Assembly (NCBI GenBank): GCA_013239625.1
Contig: MU053588.1
Coordinates: 1,808,508-1,872,507 of the forward strand
Origin: Lama guanicoe
Taxonomy: Eukaryota
Direction of reading: 5' to 3'
Length of the DNA stretch: 64,000 nt
Shown here piece by piece: positions 47,530-62,126 of this stretch (the stretch's first letter is position 1; each line of letters opens with the position of its first letter). Under the pieces are notes generated by a model. It saw only the letters and a program-made list of their open reading frames with translations, searched no databases and was not told the DNA's origin. Both the position numbers and the translations under genes were made by a program.

Positions 47530-50500
47530 TCCTCTCTTCCTTGTGAGGTGAAAGCCACGTAGCATTTCCCAGAAATGAGCACTGATTTTATTGCTTCAAC
47601 AAACCCCAGATATTTCTTCAGAATCTCTTTGATTGCATAACCTAAGGAAAAATCAGTTGATAGCTCATGTTGGGTTTAAAAGATTAATCAGCATAATGAA
47701 GTGAAAATTCTGGTGAAAATATGCTGGGCTATCTGAGAACTTAGTGTAAACAGTATTTTAGAGCTGTGCCAACCTTGGTTGTAATGCCAAGCCAGGAGGA
47801 AGTACTCTATGACTTTATAAAATATAATGAATGTGTATAACACACAAATAATTTGAAAGAAATTATAAAAAGAGAACAATTGGCAACATTTTCAGGGAGG
47901 CCAGTTGGCAGAATTAGTAATTGTGTGAACTCTAAATCTGTGCTTAAAATTACTGTTGATGAGGAAATTGCAAATAATACCATCAGTGCTGACAATCACC
48001 TCATCTTCGAGGAGAGAAGACTACTGTCCTGTGTTTTGGGGCATCTTCCTAGGAGTTTGGCAGGAGTAGAATTAGCACGGGAGTCTTACTGCATCGTTTT
48101 GAAGAATCAGTCAAAATATGTGATCGTGCAGTTTACCTCATGTGAGGCAAAACGAAAAGTATGTGGGAAGTTAGGAGAAAATTGTAGAAGTAAAGCAAAT
48201 TTGTACTAAGATGAAAGGTTTATTTGCTGAATTTGAACTGAGGCTAAGTGAGGCAGAAACTAAGACAAATGCCAGACTTAATGGCTTGGACATGCAACTG
48301 GAGGTAATTAACCAAGAATAGAGGTGGGAAAACATTAGGTGAAGAGATCAGGAATTATGTTTCATATGTTCAAATTTTAAAAATTAAAAAAATTGAGTTA
48401 CAGTTTATAAAATATGTTAAGTTTTTAATTCCACGGTGCAAAGGCCGCTTTCAAAAAAAATATATCACCAGCAGTGTCTCCCAGCTGTGTCTGCTCTTGG
48501 CACCACTGTTTTGTGTATTTTGACTTTCTGCTAAGAAGGTGATTTCCAAGCATGTTTCAGAGTCTTGTGGGCAGAAAAGGCTGTCAATCACGAGCTGATC
48601 TAGTGCCCGACAGAGGGAAAGAGGAAGGAAACAGCTCTTGATTGACCCTTCTGGGTCCCTAGTCAGTTGCTTCTTTAGAGAAGTAGGATTTGTGATGTGT
48701 GTGTGTGTGAATCTTGTAGTCTCTGACCTTGTTGAACTCACTTATTAGTTCTACCATTTTGAGGGGGAGTGTCTTCCTTGGAGTTTTCTACATAGACCAT
48801 CATGTCATCCGAACATAAGGACAGTATTATTTCTTTTCTGATTCCTAGTCAATATTTCAGTTCTATTCCAAAGGCAGGAAATGTCCCTCTTACTCTAGGT
48901 GGGGTCAGCCTTTCTGTTCTATTCATTTTACGTCCTTTTCTTGCCTTATTGTACTGACAGACCCTCTAGTACTAGGCTGGGGAGCAGCGATGATAGTGAG
49001 TCTTGCCTCGTGTTGGCTCTTAGAGGGAAAATGTTCAGTTTTTTCACCACTGGGTGTGATGTTGGCTGTAGATTTATTGTAATTATCAGGTTGAGAAATT
49101 TACCTTCTGTATCTAGTTTGCTGAGTTTTTTTTTTTTTAAAGAAAAACTTTTCTTGGAAAGAATCACAAATTCTCAAGAAGTTGCAAAGGTAGTGTAACC
49201 AGGTCCCAAGTACCCATCACCTGGTTTCTCCAGTGGTTCCACCTTACATAATTATGGTCCAATGTCAAAACCAGGGGTTTCACAGTGGTACATTGTGTGT
49301 GTGTGGTTCTGTGTCATTTTATGAGAAATGTAGGTATATTTGTAACCAGCACCACAATCAATATACAAAATGATTCCAACACCCAGAAGAGAGCCCACCT
49401 GCTGCTCTTTTATAGCAGCATCTGACACTTCTACCTCACCCCCATCCGTAACCCGTGACACCACCAATCTGTTTCCTACCTGTGTAACGTAAGAATTTTG
49501 AGGATGTTGTATAAATGCAGTTAAACAGTATGCGACCTTCTGAGGTTGTTTTTTTTCCCTCAGGATAATGCTCTTGAAATCTCTTGGTTTCTTCTTACCT
49601 CACTGGTGGTTCCTTCTCTCTGTCCTTCAGAGCTCCCTCTTTTAGTCTTGGCTCCTTTATTCTGGGACAGCCCAGTGCTGATTCTTTGCTGTGTGTTTAT
49701 TGATTTAGCTGTACTCACTCCCTGGGTGGCCTCCACCTGTCAGAGTTTTAAAGGCCATCTGTATGTTAGACCTTCAAACATTATCTCTCCAACCAGACCT
49801 CTCTTTCAGATTCATGTATTAACCTGTCTACACTGGGGTGTGTGTTAGGCATGTCAGCCTCAAATTCCCGAAGCTGAGTTCCTGATCTTCCTCCCAAATT
49901 GTTCCCCACAGTTTTGCCCTTCTCAGTGCATGACTTCTTCAGTAGTTCAGTCATAAGACACAAATCCTAGTAGTTGTCCTCGATTCCTCATTTTTATATT
50001 TTTAATTGAGGTAACACTGGTGTAGAACGTTACATAAATTTCATGTGTACAGCATTATGTTTCTTCTTCTGTATATGCTACAGCGTGCTCACCACCCAAA
50101 ATGTAGTGTCTGTCCATCACCACACAACAGTTGAGCAGCTTCACCCATTTTTTCTTCCCCTTCTCCCTTCCCTTCTGGTAACCACTAATGTTTTCTGTAC
50201 CTATGTGTTTGTTTTGCTTTTGTTGTAATTTTACTTTGTTTTTTATTTTTTGTATTTCATACATAAATGAAATCATATGGTATTTCACCGATTATAATAC
50301 TGTCAAGGTCCATCCATGTTGCTGCCAATAGGATTATTCCATTCTTTTTTATGGCTGAGTAATATTCCATTATATACACCATGTATATAAATATATATTT
50401 AAAATACATAAAAATACATATTATAGTTATAAATATATTTAATCTACATATCTAAAATATATTTTATAAATTTATCATACATATTTCAAATATATCTATA

Positions 50501-50654
50501 TTTATATATAACAACTATATAAATATGTATATGTGCGTGTGTGTGTATATATATATAAAACATCTTTATTCATCTATTGATCGACACCTGTGTTGTTTCC
50601 TTGTCTTGGCTGTTGTAAATAGTGCTGCTATGAACATTGGGGTTCATATATCTT

Positions 50655-50748
50655 TCTGTTTTTGTTTTTTGGGGTACTGGGGTTTGAACCCAGGACCTCA
50701 AGCATGCTAAACATGTGCTCTACCACTGAGCTATACTCACCTCCCCAC
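50655..50748 (-). mobile_element. tRNA-derived SINE nested in L1
   Basis: Family consensus match. Confidence 0.87.
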
Positions 50749-52423
50749 CTTCCCAATGTATCTTTTGGAATTAGAGTTTTTGTCTTCCCTGGGTATGTAC
50801 CCAGGATTGGGATTGCTGGATCATATGGTAACTCTATTTTTAGTGTTTTAGGGAACCTCCATACTGTTCTCCATAGTGGCTGCACCAATTTACATTCCCA
50901 CCAACAGTGTAGGAGAGTTTCCTTTTCTCCACACTCTTCGCCAGCATTTATTATTTGTAGACTTTTTGATCATAGCCAGTCTGACTGGTGTGATATGATA
51001 CCTCATTGTGGTTTGGGTTTACGTTTCTCTAATAATTAGCAATGTTGAGCTCTTTTCATGTGCCTGTTGGCCATCTGAATGTCTTTGGAGAAATGTCTAT
51101 TTAGGTTTTCTGCTCATTTTTTGATTGTGCTGTTTGTTTTTTCATTATTGAGTTGTATGAGCTGTTGGTATATCTTGGATATTAGTGCCTTGTCAATCTC
51201 ACGTTTACAAATATTCCTCTCATTCCGTAGGTGGTCTTTTCATTTTGTTTGTGGTTTCCTTTGCTGGGGTAAAGCTTTTAAGTTTGATTAGGCCCCATTT
51301 GTTTATTTTTGCTTTTGTTTCTTTTGCCTTGGAGCGTGATCTAAGGAAATAACTGCTACAATTTGTGTCAGAGAATGGTTTCCCTAAGCTCTCTTCTAGG
51401 GGTTTTATGGTGTCATGTCTTATATTTAGATCTTTAAACCATTTTGAGTTTATTTTTGTATGTGTTGTGAGGGAGTGTTCTGATTTCACTGATTTACCTG
51501 TAGCTATCCAGCTTTCCCAATACTGCTTGCTGAAAAAACTGTCTTTTCTCCATTGTATATAGTCTTGTGTTTTTTTGTCATAGATTAACATAGGTGTGTG
51601 GGTTTTCAATCATTTGTTTTTGTCAGTATGGACTCATGGACATATATTTTACACTTTGAATTATAATCCAGATTTTATTTTTGTTGTTCAGATTGTCCCA
51701 GCTTTGGTCCTTGGGAGCTCTTTCAGTTGGCTCCTCTGTCCCTTTGACCTTTCCCCATCGTTGTGGGGTTTTGTTTTGTTTTTGAAGACGTCCTTAATTT
51801 CTGAAACTCCAAGATGCTCCAGGTTTATCTTGTCTATTTTGTGCTTTAGTCCCAGAGTTAGTCATTTTCCCAAGGAACCCTAGTTCCTTTTATTGTAGGA
51901 TTTCATTAGCAACCCAGATCTGGGTTTTAGTGTGATCATTACTACTGGAGTGTCATTGCTTTCAGGTCTCGAGCTGACAGAGCAAGGAAACCTGAGTATA
52001 TACACATATCTATAAATATTTATATATGTAAACATCTATATCTATATTAAACCAAGCATGAATCCATACTGATATCTCCAACTCTAACACATTACACAGT
52101 GCATCATTTTAGCTGCCTCCTTATGCTTATCTATAAACTCACTCCAGCAGTGAGAAACCTCGCCACCACTATCCATTATGAAGTTAGCTGTTCATTTCCA
52201 CTATTCATGGATAGTAATGTCAGGATATTGTCAATATTCTTTTACTTTTAACCTATTTGTGCCTTTATATTTAAAATGTGTTTCTTACAGGTAGCATATA
52301 GTTGGGCCTTGTTTTTATTTTTTAACCCAACATGGTAATCTCTGCCTTTTAATTGGATGTTTAGACAATCTATATTTAATTTAATTATTGATACGTTTAA
52401 ATTTAAGTCTAACATATTGCTAC

Positions 52424-52553
52424 TTTTTTTTTTGGTTGGGAGAGGTAATTAGGTTTGTTTATTTACTTACCCTTAGAGGAGGTACTGGGGATTGAACCCA
52501 GGACGTCATGCATGCTAAGCATGTGCTCTACCACTTGAGCTGTACCGTCCCCA
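52424..52553 (-). mobile_element. tRNA-derived SINE
   Basis: Family consensus match. Confidence 0.87.
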
Positions 52554-53387
52554 TCTTGCTACTTGTTTTCTGTTTGTCCCATCTGTTCTTTGTTCCCTGC
52601 TTCCTCTTTTTCTGCCATTTTTGGATTAATCAAGTGTTTTTATTGTTTTATTTTAAATCTTTATTTTGTTATCTTAGTGGTTGCTTCGGGGTTTTTAGCG
52701 TACATGTTTGACTTATGCAGCCTGTCTCAAGAGGTGTGATACTGCTTCGTAAACAGTACAGTAACTTTACAATAGTATATTTTCATTTGTCTCTGACTTA
52801 TATGCTATAGGTCTCATGTATTTTATTTTTATATAGGATATAAACTCTGTGATACATTGTTATAGTTTTTATTTAATAGTCAGTTACATGTTTACCCATA
52901 GAGCAGCCATTTCCTGTGTTCTTCATTCCTTTGTGTAAATCCAGATTTCCAACTGGTGTCATTTTCCTTCTCCCTGAAATATTTTCTTTAACATTTTTTG
53001 TAGTTCGGGTCTGCTGATGGTTGACCCTTCTCTGAAAAAGTCAAGATTTCACATTGTCTCCGAAAAATATTTTTCCTGGATTGGAAAAGTACACTTCAGA
53101 TTCAGTTGGAAAATTCAAACGTAATCTGTGCATTAGATGATATCAAGGGAGTTTTGTTCCTTTTCTGGAATGTTACAATGGTAGTTGTGGTTATGGTTTT
53201 TCTATAACCACATTTTCTAGATGCATTCTAATGTGTTTATAAACAAAATGACAAGATGGCTGAGACTTCATTTAAAATACTCCAGAAAAATAAGTAGGAG
53301 GAAAAATAAAACAAGAATGTTAGAATATTCATAATTAGTTGTAAGTGTGATAGTAATTACATAGGGGTCCTTAATATTATTCTTTCT

Positions 53388-53810
53388 TGAGAAAATTAAT
53401 GGGAAACCTCACTAAAATGAAGTTGGGAGGCCAGGAGAGGGAGCTCTCATGCACATATCAACAGATGTCATTTTAGATCCCAGCAGGAAGAGATGGACTT
53501 CGCATCTCTGGCAGAAAGTGACCTTATTTTACCACCACCAGCAGGAGGAAGAAAGATTTTCTCTTGGCTTGGAAACAGCTCAGCCAGTGAAAATCCAGTA
53601 TAAACTCTCAGTTTCCTCCAATGGACCTTTTGTTTATAACAGCCACTCCAAACTTTCCCTTCTCCTCTATAAAAGAGTTTTCTCTCCTTTGCTTTGCTGG
53701 GCTTGCATGTGTTTCACCGTAGTTGCATGCCCTGGATTGCAATTCTCTGGTGCTCCTGAATAAATCCATTTTGCTGGTAACATAACTGGCTGTTGTATTT
53801 TAGGTTAACC
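53388..53810 (+). mobile_element. ERV LTR (solo)
   Basis: tgag start; CCAAT, TATAAAA at ~53668 and AATAAA at ~53759 in LTR order. Confidence 0.65.
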
Positions 53811-55135
53811 TGCTTCTTCTTTGATGCATGTTTGAAATTTTTAATTATAAAGTGGGGGAAAGCAGGGAGCATCACTGCTGTTCTGTTCTAGAGATGAAAA
53901 TAGGTGCCCAGCAATCCCTTGAAAAAAATTCAAATGTGATGATTGTAACAAAGGGCAGGTACAAGGCTTTGAGGGCTAATTCTTGGGTGGATTGACCTGG
54001 CCAGGGATGTCAGAAAATATTTTCCTGGAGAAGAACATTTAGGATCTGAAAAAGAAGTAAGATTTAGCTTGCATAAGAGCAGAGAAGAAATCCCCAGGTG
54101 GAAAAAAAGTTTGTGCAAAGGTGTAGTCGGCATGACAGACCTATGGAAGACAGCATGGTAGGAGCAGAAGGTGTCAGAGGAAAAAATTAGGAAGTACATG
54201 CATGCCTGGGCCTCATAAAAAGCTGAGTGGCTATTGAGAGGGCTTTGATCTTCACCTGAAAGCTGGAGAAACCATTGGTACGGGAGTGGGACGTGATTAT
54301 ATGTGCGTTTGAAAATATACCCCTTGCTCCCTCCTGGAGAATGGAGTGCAAGAGACAGGGAATTGAATCAATTACTAGTTGTTCAACTGAGAGATGATGA
54401 TACCTGGGACTAGGGTTGATTGAGATGGGAAAGAGGACATACCTGAGAGATGTTTTGGAGGATAACTTGACTTGGATTGGTGGAAGGGGATTGAGTTTGT
54501 GATTCATTAGACATGGACAGATGTTGCCGCCAGTTACTAAAATGGGAAGCACTGCAAGAAGTTAGTTTGGGAGAATAAAATCAGGAGTTTGATTTAGGAG
54601 ATACAGAGATCCTTTGAGACATTCCAGATAAGCTCACAAGTCAAGCTATACAAGTCTCAAGCTCAGAGGAGAGGCTGATAACAATACCATAGGAGTTCCT
54701 GAGGGCCATGATAAGAATTAAGATAGGAAACTTTGGATTCAGACTGAATAGGTACAAACCTGATTTTGCCACTTGTTAATCCATGAGTAGTAACAAGTTA
54801 CTTAAATTCTCTGTCATTTAAGGGTCTCATCTGTAAAGCCTAGACAACAATAGACCTGCATCACAGAGTTCCTGTGAAGATTAAAGGAAACAGATGAAAT
54901 CACCTTAGAACCATACATGGCACAAAGAAAAACGTTAACTCTAATTATAGAACTGTGAGAGTGTTGTCTTCTCAAGTAGATAATCATAGGATGCTGGTTT
55001 CAGAGCTTTGAGTCATTCAATGAGATTAGATTTTACCAATCTAATTTGTGCAGTAGGTTTGTACCAGTAGGTCTCCTGGTATGCTTGCTGAATTTTTGAT
55101 GAAGGCAGTATTTGTGCTTTTTAGATGCAGGCATT

Positions 55136-57224
55136 TTTTTTAACATTTTTTATTGATCTATAATCATTTCACAATGTTGTGTCAAATTCCAGTGTTCAGC
55201 ACAATCTTTCAGCAATTCATGGACATATACACACTCATTGTCACATTTTTTTCTCTGTGAGTTATCATAACATTTTGTGTATATTTCCCTGTGCTATATA
55301 GTGTAATCTCGTTTATCTGTTCTACAATTTTGAAATCCCAGTCTATACCTTCCCACCCTCCACCCCCCTGGTAACCACAAGTCTGTATTCTCTGTCTGTG
55401 AGTCTATTTCTGTCCTGTATTTATGCTTTGTTTTTGTTTGCTTGTTTGTTTTTGTTTTTGTTTTTTAGATTCCACATATGAGCGATCTCATATGTTATTT
55501 TTCTTTCTCTTTCTGGCTTACTTCACTTAGAATGACATTCTCTAGGAGCATCCATGTTGCTGCAAATGGCATTATGTTGTCGGTTTTTATGGCTGAGTAG
55601 TATTCCATCATATAAATATACCACATCTTCTTTATCCAGTCACCTGTTGATGGACATTTAGGCTGTTTCCATGTTTTGGCTATTGTAAATAGTGCTGCTA
55701 TGAACATTGGGGTGCAGGTGTCATCCTGAAGTAGATTTCCTTCTGGATGCAAGCCCAGGAGTGGGATTCCTGGGTCATATGGTAAGTCTATTCCTAGTCT
55801 TTTGAGGAATCTCCACACTGTTTTCCACAGTGGCTGCACCAAACTGCATTCCCACCAGCAGTGTAGGAGGGTTCCCCTTTCTCCACAGCCTCTCCAGCAT
55901 TTGTCATTTTTGGATTTTTGAATGACGGCCATTCTGACTGGTGTGAGGTGATACCTCATTGTAGTTTTGATTTGCATTTCTCTGATAATTAGTGATATTG
56001 AGCATTTTTTCATGTGCTTTTTGATCATTTGTATGTCTTCCTTGGAGAATTGCTTGTTTAGGTCTTCTGCCCATTTTTGGATTGGGTTGTTTATTTTTTT
56101 CTTATTGAGTCGTATGAGCTGCTTATATATTTTGGAGATCAAGCCTTTGTCGGTTTCACTTGCAAAAATTTTCTCCCATTCCGTAGGTTTTCTTCTTGTT
56201 TTATTTCTGGTTTCCTTTGCTCTGCAGAAGCTTGTAAGTTTCATTAGGTCCCATTTGTTTATTCTTGCTTTTATTTCTTCTAGGAGAAAATTTTTGAAAT
56301 GTATGTCAGATAATGTTTTGCCTATGTTTTCCTCTAGGAGGTTTATTGTATCTTGTCTTATGTTTAAGTCTTTAATCCATTTTGAGTTGATTTTTGTATA
56401 TGGTGTAAGGGTGTGTTCTAGCTTCATTGTTTTACATGCTGCTGTCCAGTTTTCCCAACACCATTTGCTGAAGAGACTGTCTTTATTCCATTGTATATTC
56501 TTGCCTCCTTTGTCGAAGATGAGTTGACCAAAAGTTTGTGGGTTCATTTCTGGGCTCTCTATTCTGTTCCATTGGTCTATATGTCTGTTTTAGTACCAAT
56601 ACCATGCTGTCTTGATGACTGTAGCTCTATAGTATTGTCTGAAGTCTGGGAGAGTTATTCCTCCAGCCTCTTTCTTTCTCTTCAGTAATGCTTTAGCAAT
56701 TCTAGGTCTTTGATGGTTCCATATAAATTTTATTATGATTTGTTCTAGTTCTGTGAAATATGTCCTGGGTAATTGGATAGGGATTGCATTAAATCTGTAG
56801 ATTGCCTTGGGCAGTGTGACCATTTTAACAATATTGATTCTTCCAATCCAAGAGCATGGAATATCTTTCCATTTTTTAAAGTCTTCTTTAATTTCCTTCA
56901 TCAATGGTTTATAGTTTTCTGTGTATAATTCTTTCACCTCCTTGGTTAGATTTATTCCCAGATATTTTATTACTTTGGGTGCTATTTTAAAGGGGATTGT
57001 TTCTTTACTTTCTTTTTCTGTTGATTTATCGTTAGTGTAAAGAAATGCAACTGATTTTTGAACGTTGATTTTGTAACCTGCTACCTTGCTGAATTCTTCA
57101 GTCAGCTCTAGTAGCTTTTGTGTGGATCTTTTAGGGTTTTCTAAATATAGTAACATGTCATCAGCATATAATGACACTTTTACCTCTTCTTTTCCAATTT
57201 GGATCCCTTTTATTTCTTTCTCTT
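55136..57224 (-). mobile_element. Young 5'-truncated LINE-1 (ORF2 C-terminal half, 3'UTR, polyA)
   Basis: ORFs 56590-57237 and 55495-56547 are L1 ORF2 (YADDM RT motif; CWRGC...HCWWEC), in the same frame and split by one TAA. Flanked by TSD tagatgcaggcatt. Confidence 0.97.
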
Positions 57225-57240
57225 TAGATGCAGGCATTCT

Positions 57241-57524
57241 TTTTTTTTAACATTTTTTATTGATTTATAATCATTTTACAATGTTGTGTCAAATTCCAGT
57301 GTTCAGCACAATTTTTCAGTCATTCATGGACATATACACACTCATTGTCACATTTTTTTCTCTGTGATTTATCATAACATTTTGTGTATATTTCCCTGTG
57401 CTATACAGTGTAATCTTGTTTATCTATTCTATAATTTTGAAATCCCAGTCTATCCCTTCCCACCCTCTATCCCCCTGGTAACCACAAGTCTGTATTCTCT
57501 GTCCATGGGTCTATTTCTGTCCTG
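57241..57524 (-). mobile_element. Second short L1 3' end of the same family at the same target site
   Basis: Near-identical to 55136-55418; flanked by tagatgcaggcattct at 57225 and 57525. Confidence 0.93.
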
Positions 57525-57819
57525 TAGATGCAGGCATTCTTAAAGCTTTAAATTGTGTTATCTTCCTCTAAATAGATTAGCTTTTCAGGCAGTGAGAGTG
57601 GATATGTACTACATTCTTTCATCCAAATAAAAACAGAGCTGATTAGATTCAGTCTTACCTGCTTTGAGTGATGACTGATACACTTATTCCTCTAGGGTGT
57701 ATCCCTCTCAGAGCTTTAGCCTAAGCTGCTTATCAGATTCCTCCCCCCTTGGCAAGCACTAAGCTCCAGTTTTTGCACCTTCCACGTGACTGATAGATGT
57801 TCTGCTCTGCTGCTTATGA

Positions 57820-57975
57820 AGGGAGGGTAGAGCTCAGTGGTAGAGTGCGTGCTTAGCATGCATGAGGTCATGGGTTCAACCCCTAGTACCTCTGCTAAAT
57901 AAAAAATAATAACAATAATAAATAAATAAACCCAATGACTCCCCCCAAAAAGAAAAACAAGAAAATTTTTTAAAA
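57820..57975 (+). mobile_element. tRNA-derived SINE
   Basis: Family consensus match. Confidence 0.87.
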
Positions 57976-58171
57976 AAGAATTGTCAACTAATATATACTT
58001 CATATTTAAATTCCCCCAGTTATCCTAAAACATGACCTTTATAGCAGATTTTAAGCCCAGAGTCCAGTCAAGTTCTATGCATACCAATGGATTGCTGTGT
58101 CTCTTTAGTCTCTTTTAATCTAAAACATTCTTCTGCCTTGCTATACCATTTTTGTAAGTTTCCAGGGCAGT

Positions 58172-60000
58172 TTAGTAACCAGCAAGGGCTCATGTGCCCG
58201 TGGCCAAGAAAGACAAACTCTGACAGTGGGTGTATTGTAGGGAGTATTATGAGGGGCACCCAGCAAGGGAGTGGGAGACGAGCCCTCAGGTCTTTGAGTT
58301 AGGGGTTTTTATAAAGGGGAAGAGCAAAGAGGCTGGGATTAATCATCTTGTGACATTTCTATGACACTTCTTTTTTTAAAAATTTTTTTCTATTTTAAAA
58401 ATATATTGGGGGGAACAGGTAATTAGGTTTATTTGTTTATTTTTAATGGAGGTACTGGGGATTGAACCCATTTATCTTTCTTACTGGCAAATTTGCAGCA
58501 GATTGAATAAGATCTTATTTGACTTCTAGTAAACTTAGGTACATTCAAAGCATTATACTTTTGGTGTTGACTCTAAAGACATGTCTAAATTAATTAACTA
58601 GTGTCAACTAACTCTAATATCAGATATTAATTTAATACTGATTATTTTCCAGGTCAGATAATCCTGAAATTCTTCTGCTTAGTTTATTTTATATTTCTAA
58701 GAATTTATACAAGCCCTTAAGTTCCTTTAAGCCAGTTGAATAGAACACATTTACAAATTAATTTTGGTAATGCTCTTTCAAGGTAAACACATATTCATAA
58801 TGCACACGTAGATACATAGATACAACCGGAGATTTTATACTTTCATTTTAAAATTTAGTCATGCATCAGGTATTACCATATAAAAGTCATTAGTTTATAA
58901 ATAACAGTTGAAATAATTTAGGTTTAAAAGGATCTCTTGCCTTTTTCCCCGCCTCAGTCTCAGGAATTGGAGATGATCCTGATGAGGTGACAGGAGTTCC
59001 TGAGGACCCTGGTCAAAGATTTACATCTGAAGTCACAGGGAGAAAAAAAGCAAGCTCCTCCTAGAGAGACTTGTTCCCTTAGGGTCAGAATTCTGAAAAA
59101 ATATTTTATCAAGTTAGTAAAACCAGTTTTGGATTGTCATATGAGCCTTATCTTGGGCATTCTTCTCTAGAGTCTGAAGAATATTATGGCCATGCAGTGT
59201 TACCAAAAAAAAAAATCACTTTGGTTTTAGTAATGGAACCATAACAACTGAAAGTGGTCCAGTTTTGTAGGATGCATTTTAAAGGACTGTTTTTAGGAAC
59301 TGAGCTTCCCTTTTCCATGTCTGCCAATTAAAATAATGCACCTTCTTTAAGATAAATATATACTTACCGGAGAAACGTTGAACCACTTCCAAAAGGTTTA
59401 ACGTCAAACCAGTTTCAAAAAATTTAAAGCCAAACCAATTCCAAAGACGACTTTAGGCTCTTACTTTTCTCAAACCCAATTCCTCCCCCAATACCAGGCA
59501 ATGGGCCTAGAAGGGCACCACAATACTGGGAATAAATGTTTTTGGCCCACACTGTTGTGCTGGTTGCTTAGCACTAGATGTAGGTCAATCCAAAAACTGT
59601 TTCTTACTGCAAGCCTAGAACTTTGCCCAGTGTTGCTGATGCTGGGCTGCAAAGGGGATTCCCCAGCTAGATCCCTAGGCCAAAGAGGCCTGGGCATCTG
59701 CTGTATCCACAAAGGGAAATCCCTGAACCTGCAGAGATCCAGCAGACCATGGACACTAACTTCAAAGGAACCTGAGAGGTCCCTTTGTGGTTGTCAGATT
59801 GTAACTGAGCAGGAGCTCTTGTACTCCAGGTGCAGAAAGACAGATTCTGACAATGTGTATTTGCAGCAAAGTAAGGTTTATTGAAGGGTGCCAAGCAAGG
59901 ACTTTGAGACAAACCTCAGATCCATTCTGACATGGTTCTTTGCGTTAGGTTGCTTTTTGTTTGTTTGTTTTAAGGAGGAGGAACAAAGAGGCTGAAATTG
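58172..60000 (-). mobile_element. Degenerate ERV1-like provirus (paired LTR fragments at ~58172-58350 and ~59800-60000)
   Basis: The two segments are mutually similar (gtaac...gacaaactctgacag vs gacagattctgacaa; caaagaggctg). PBS-like ctgacaaccacaaagggac on - strand at ~59779-59797. Confidence 0.65.
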
Positions 60001-61312
60001 CATGGCCCAGGGAGTCCCTGTCCTGGTGCCGCCCCACTAGTGGGTGAGGCTGGGGCATGAGGCTGCTGGCTGTGGAGCCCCAAGTGTTCCAGGGCTAGTG
60101 GTGGCCCACGGGCGGGCAGAGCCAGGCTCTGGTCTGAATGGCTGAGGGGTCAGAGTCCCAGAGCTTGTACTGCCCTGCTGACATATGGGGCTGGATTCTG
60201 GGGCAGCTGGATCGGGGGCCCAAGGTGTCTTGGGGCTGGTGCCAGCTTGCTAGTGGTGATCCAAGTCCTGACTCAACTGACTGCAGGGTTGAGGTGGTCC
60301 TCAGGCTGGTGTCTGCACCCTGGTGGTTGAGGCTGTGTCCTGGGGATGTTGCTGGACCACTGGTGGGTGGAGCCAGGTCCTGGCGTTTCTAGCTATAGGG
60401 CACAGGGTTCCCAGAGCTGTGTCAGCCCACTGATGGGTGGTGTTGTGTCCCAGGGCCTCTGTTGTAGGGTTCTTGGGATCCTGGAGTTGGCGTCACCTAC
60501 TGGTGAGCAGAGCTGTGTCCTGAAGGCCAGCTGCAGGGCCCCGGGTCTCAGGGCTAGTACCAGCCCATTGGTGGGCTTGGCAGGGTCCTGGAGCCTCCGG
60601 TGGGTGGGGCCAGGTCCTGGGGCAGCCCCAGGACTGGTGCTAACTGACTAATGAACAAGTGTAAGTCCTGGTGCTAATAAGCTAAAGGGAGGATTCCAAA
60701 ATGGCACTTGTCAGCAGCAGCAGTGTCCTCGTAATAAAACGAGCACCCCAGAATGGCTGCTGGCAGTGTCTGTTTTCCCAGGGTGAGTCCCAGTTTCCTC
60801 CTGCCTCTCCAGGATGCTCCCCAAGATCAGCAAGTGTGTCTGACACAGGTTCCCTTCAGATTACCATGGCTGCCCTGGGTCTCAGAGCATGAGAGATTTT
60901 GTACGCACCCATTCAGAATGCAGTCTCTGTTTCCTACAGTCCTCTGATTCTCCCCCAAATCCCACTGGCTTTCAAAGCCAAATGTTCTAGGTGTTTGTCT
61001 TCCTGATGTAGAACCCCTGGGTTGGGGAGCCCACTGTGGGCTCAGACCCCTCCCTCCTTTGGAAGAACTTCTGCTGTGGTAACTATCCTCTCATTTATGG
61101 TTTGTCTAATTAGGGGTGTGGGTCTCTGTTATACTGCATCTCTGCCCCTCCTGCTTATCTTGTGGTTTCTTTGTATCTTTAGTTGTAGAAGATTTTTCTG
61201 CTAGTCTTCAGGTCATTCTCATAGATCGTTGCTTTGTAAATAGTTGTGATTTTGGTGTGCCCATGGGAGGAGGTGAGCCCAGGGTCTTCCTACTCTGCCA
61301 TCTTGGCCACTC
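60001..61312 (-). mobile_element. GC-rich L1 5' region remnant
   Basis: Repetitive ccactggtgggtg units; ends gccatcttggccactc; similar to 12030-12835. Confidence 0.65.
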
Positions 61313-61941
61313 AATGAATGTTTGTTTTTGTTTTTAACATACCGCAACTGATTCAACAAAAATATAAAATATAAATAGAACCATAAGAGTAGAGAGATTG
61401 AATCAGTAACCTCCCAATTAAAATCCCCTTAGATGAGATGACTTCACTGCTGAATTATATAAAACATTCTGTGAGGCCAAGGTTACTCTGATACCAAAGC
61501 CAGACAAAGATATCACAACAAAGGAAAATTATGGATCAGTATCCATATGTATTTTTCTACATGCCTGGGAAAGAGAAAATATAATTGGTGAGTATCTAGC
61601 TGTTCTCTCCCACAGTGTGAATCACTGGTGATTTTTACAGCATTGCAAATGACCCCTTTTAAACCAAATTCTCTCCAAATCATAGAAAGTACACAATTTC
61701 AGAAAACATTAAAATTAAAGTCTATCCGTAGTTGAAAGTAATTGAGTATTCCTGAAATTTTTAGACTTCATAATGACCTAAATTAAAATGGTTCTTTAAA
61801 ACAAAAAACTGGCATCAAAACTTGATATTGAAAATATTTATAACAGATACAGAGTTGGCCTAAGGCTTAATAGTTCATCCATGAAGTCACCAGGAGGTTT
61901 CAGTATATGTGAAAAGACTACCCTGGGGTTGCTAAGAAAAC

Positions 61942-62126
61942 AGTGATCCTCAAAGTGTGGTCCCCAGACCAACAAATCAGCCCATCTGGGAACTTATGAA
62001 AATGTATATTTGTGAGTCCCAGTCCGTATCTACTGAATCATAAACTCTGGGGGTGGGACCCAACCTTTTGTGTTTTTACAAGCCTTCCATGTGGTCCTCA
62101 TGCACCCTAAAGTTTGAGAACTACTG
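61942..62126. mobile_element. MER5A-like hAT DNA transposon
   Basis: cagtgatcctcaaagtgtggtcccc...aagtttgagaactactg. Confidence 0.8.

Larger units (their letters stand above)
48740..53050 (-). mobile_element. Composite LINE-1 block (best preserved 50000-51590)
   Basis: [15 protein letters not shown] and KINSKWFKDLNIRHDTIK ORF2 motifs. Confidence 0.85.

Noticed and set aside
3688..57975. tRNA-Ala-like sequences as tRNA genes
   Set aside because: They are SINE heads with AT-rich tails, TSDs and scattered mutations.
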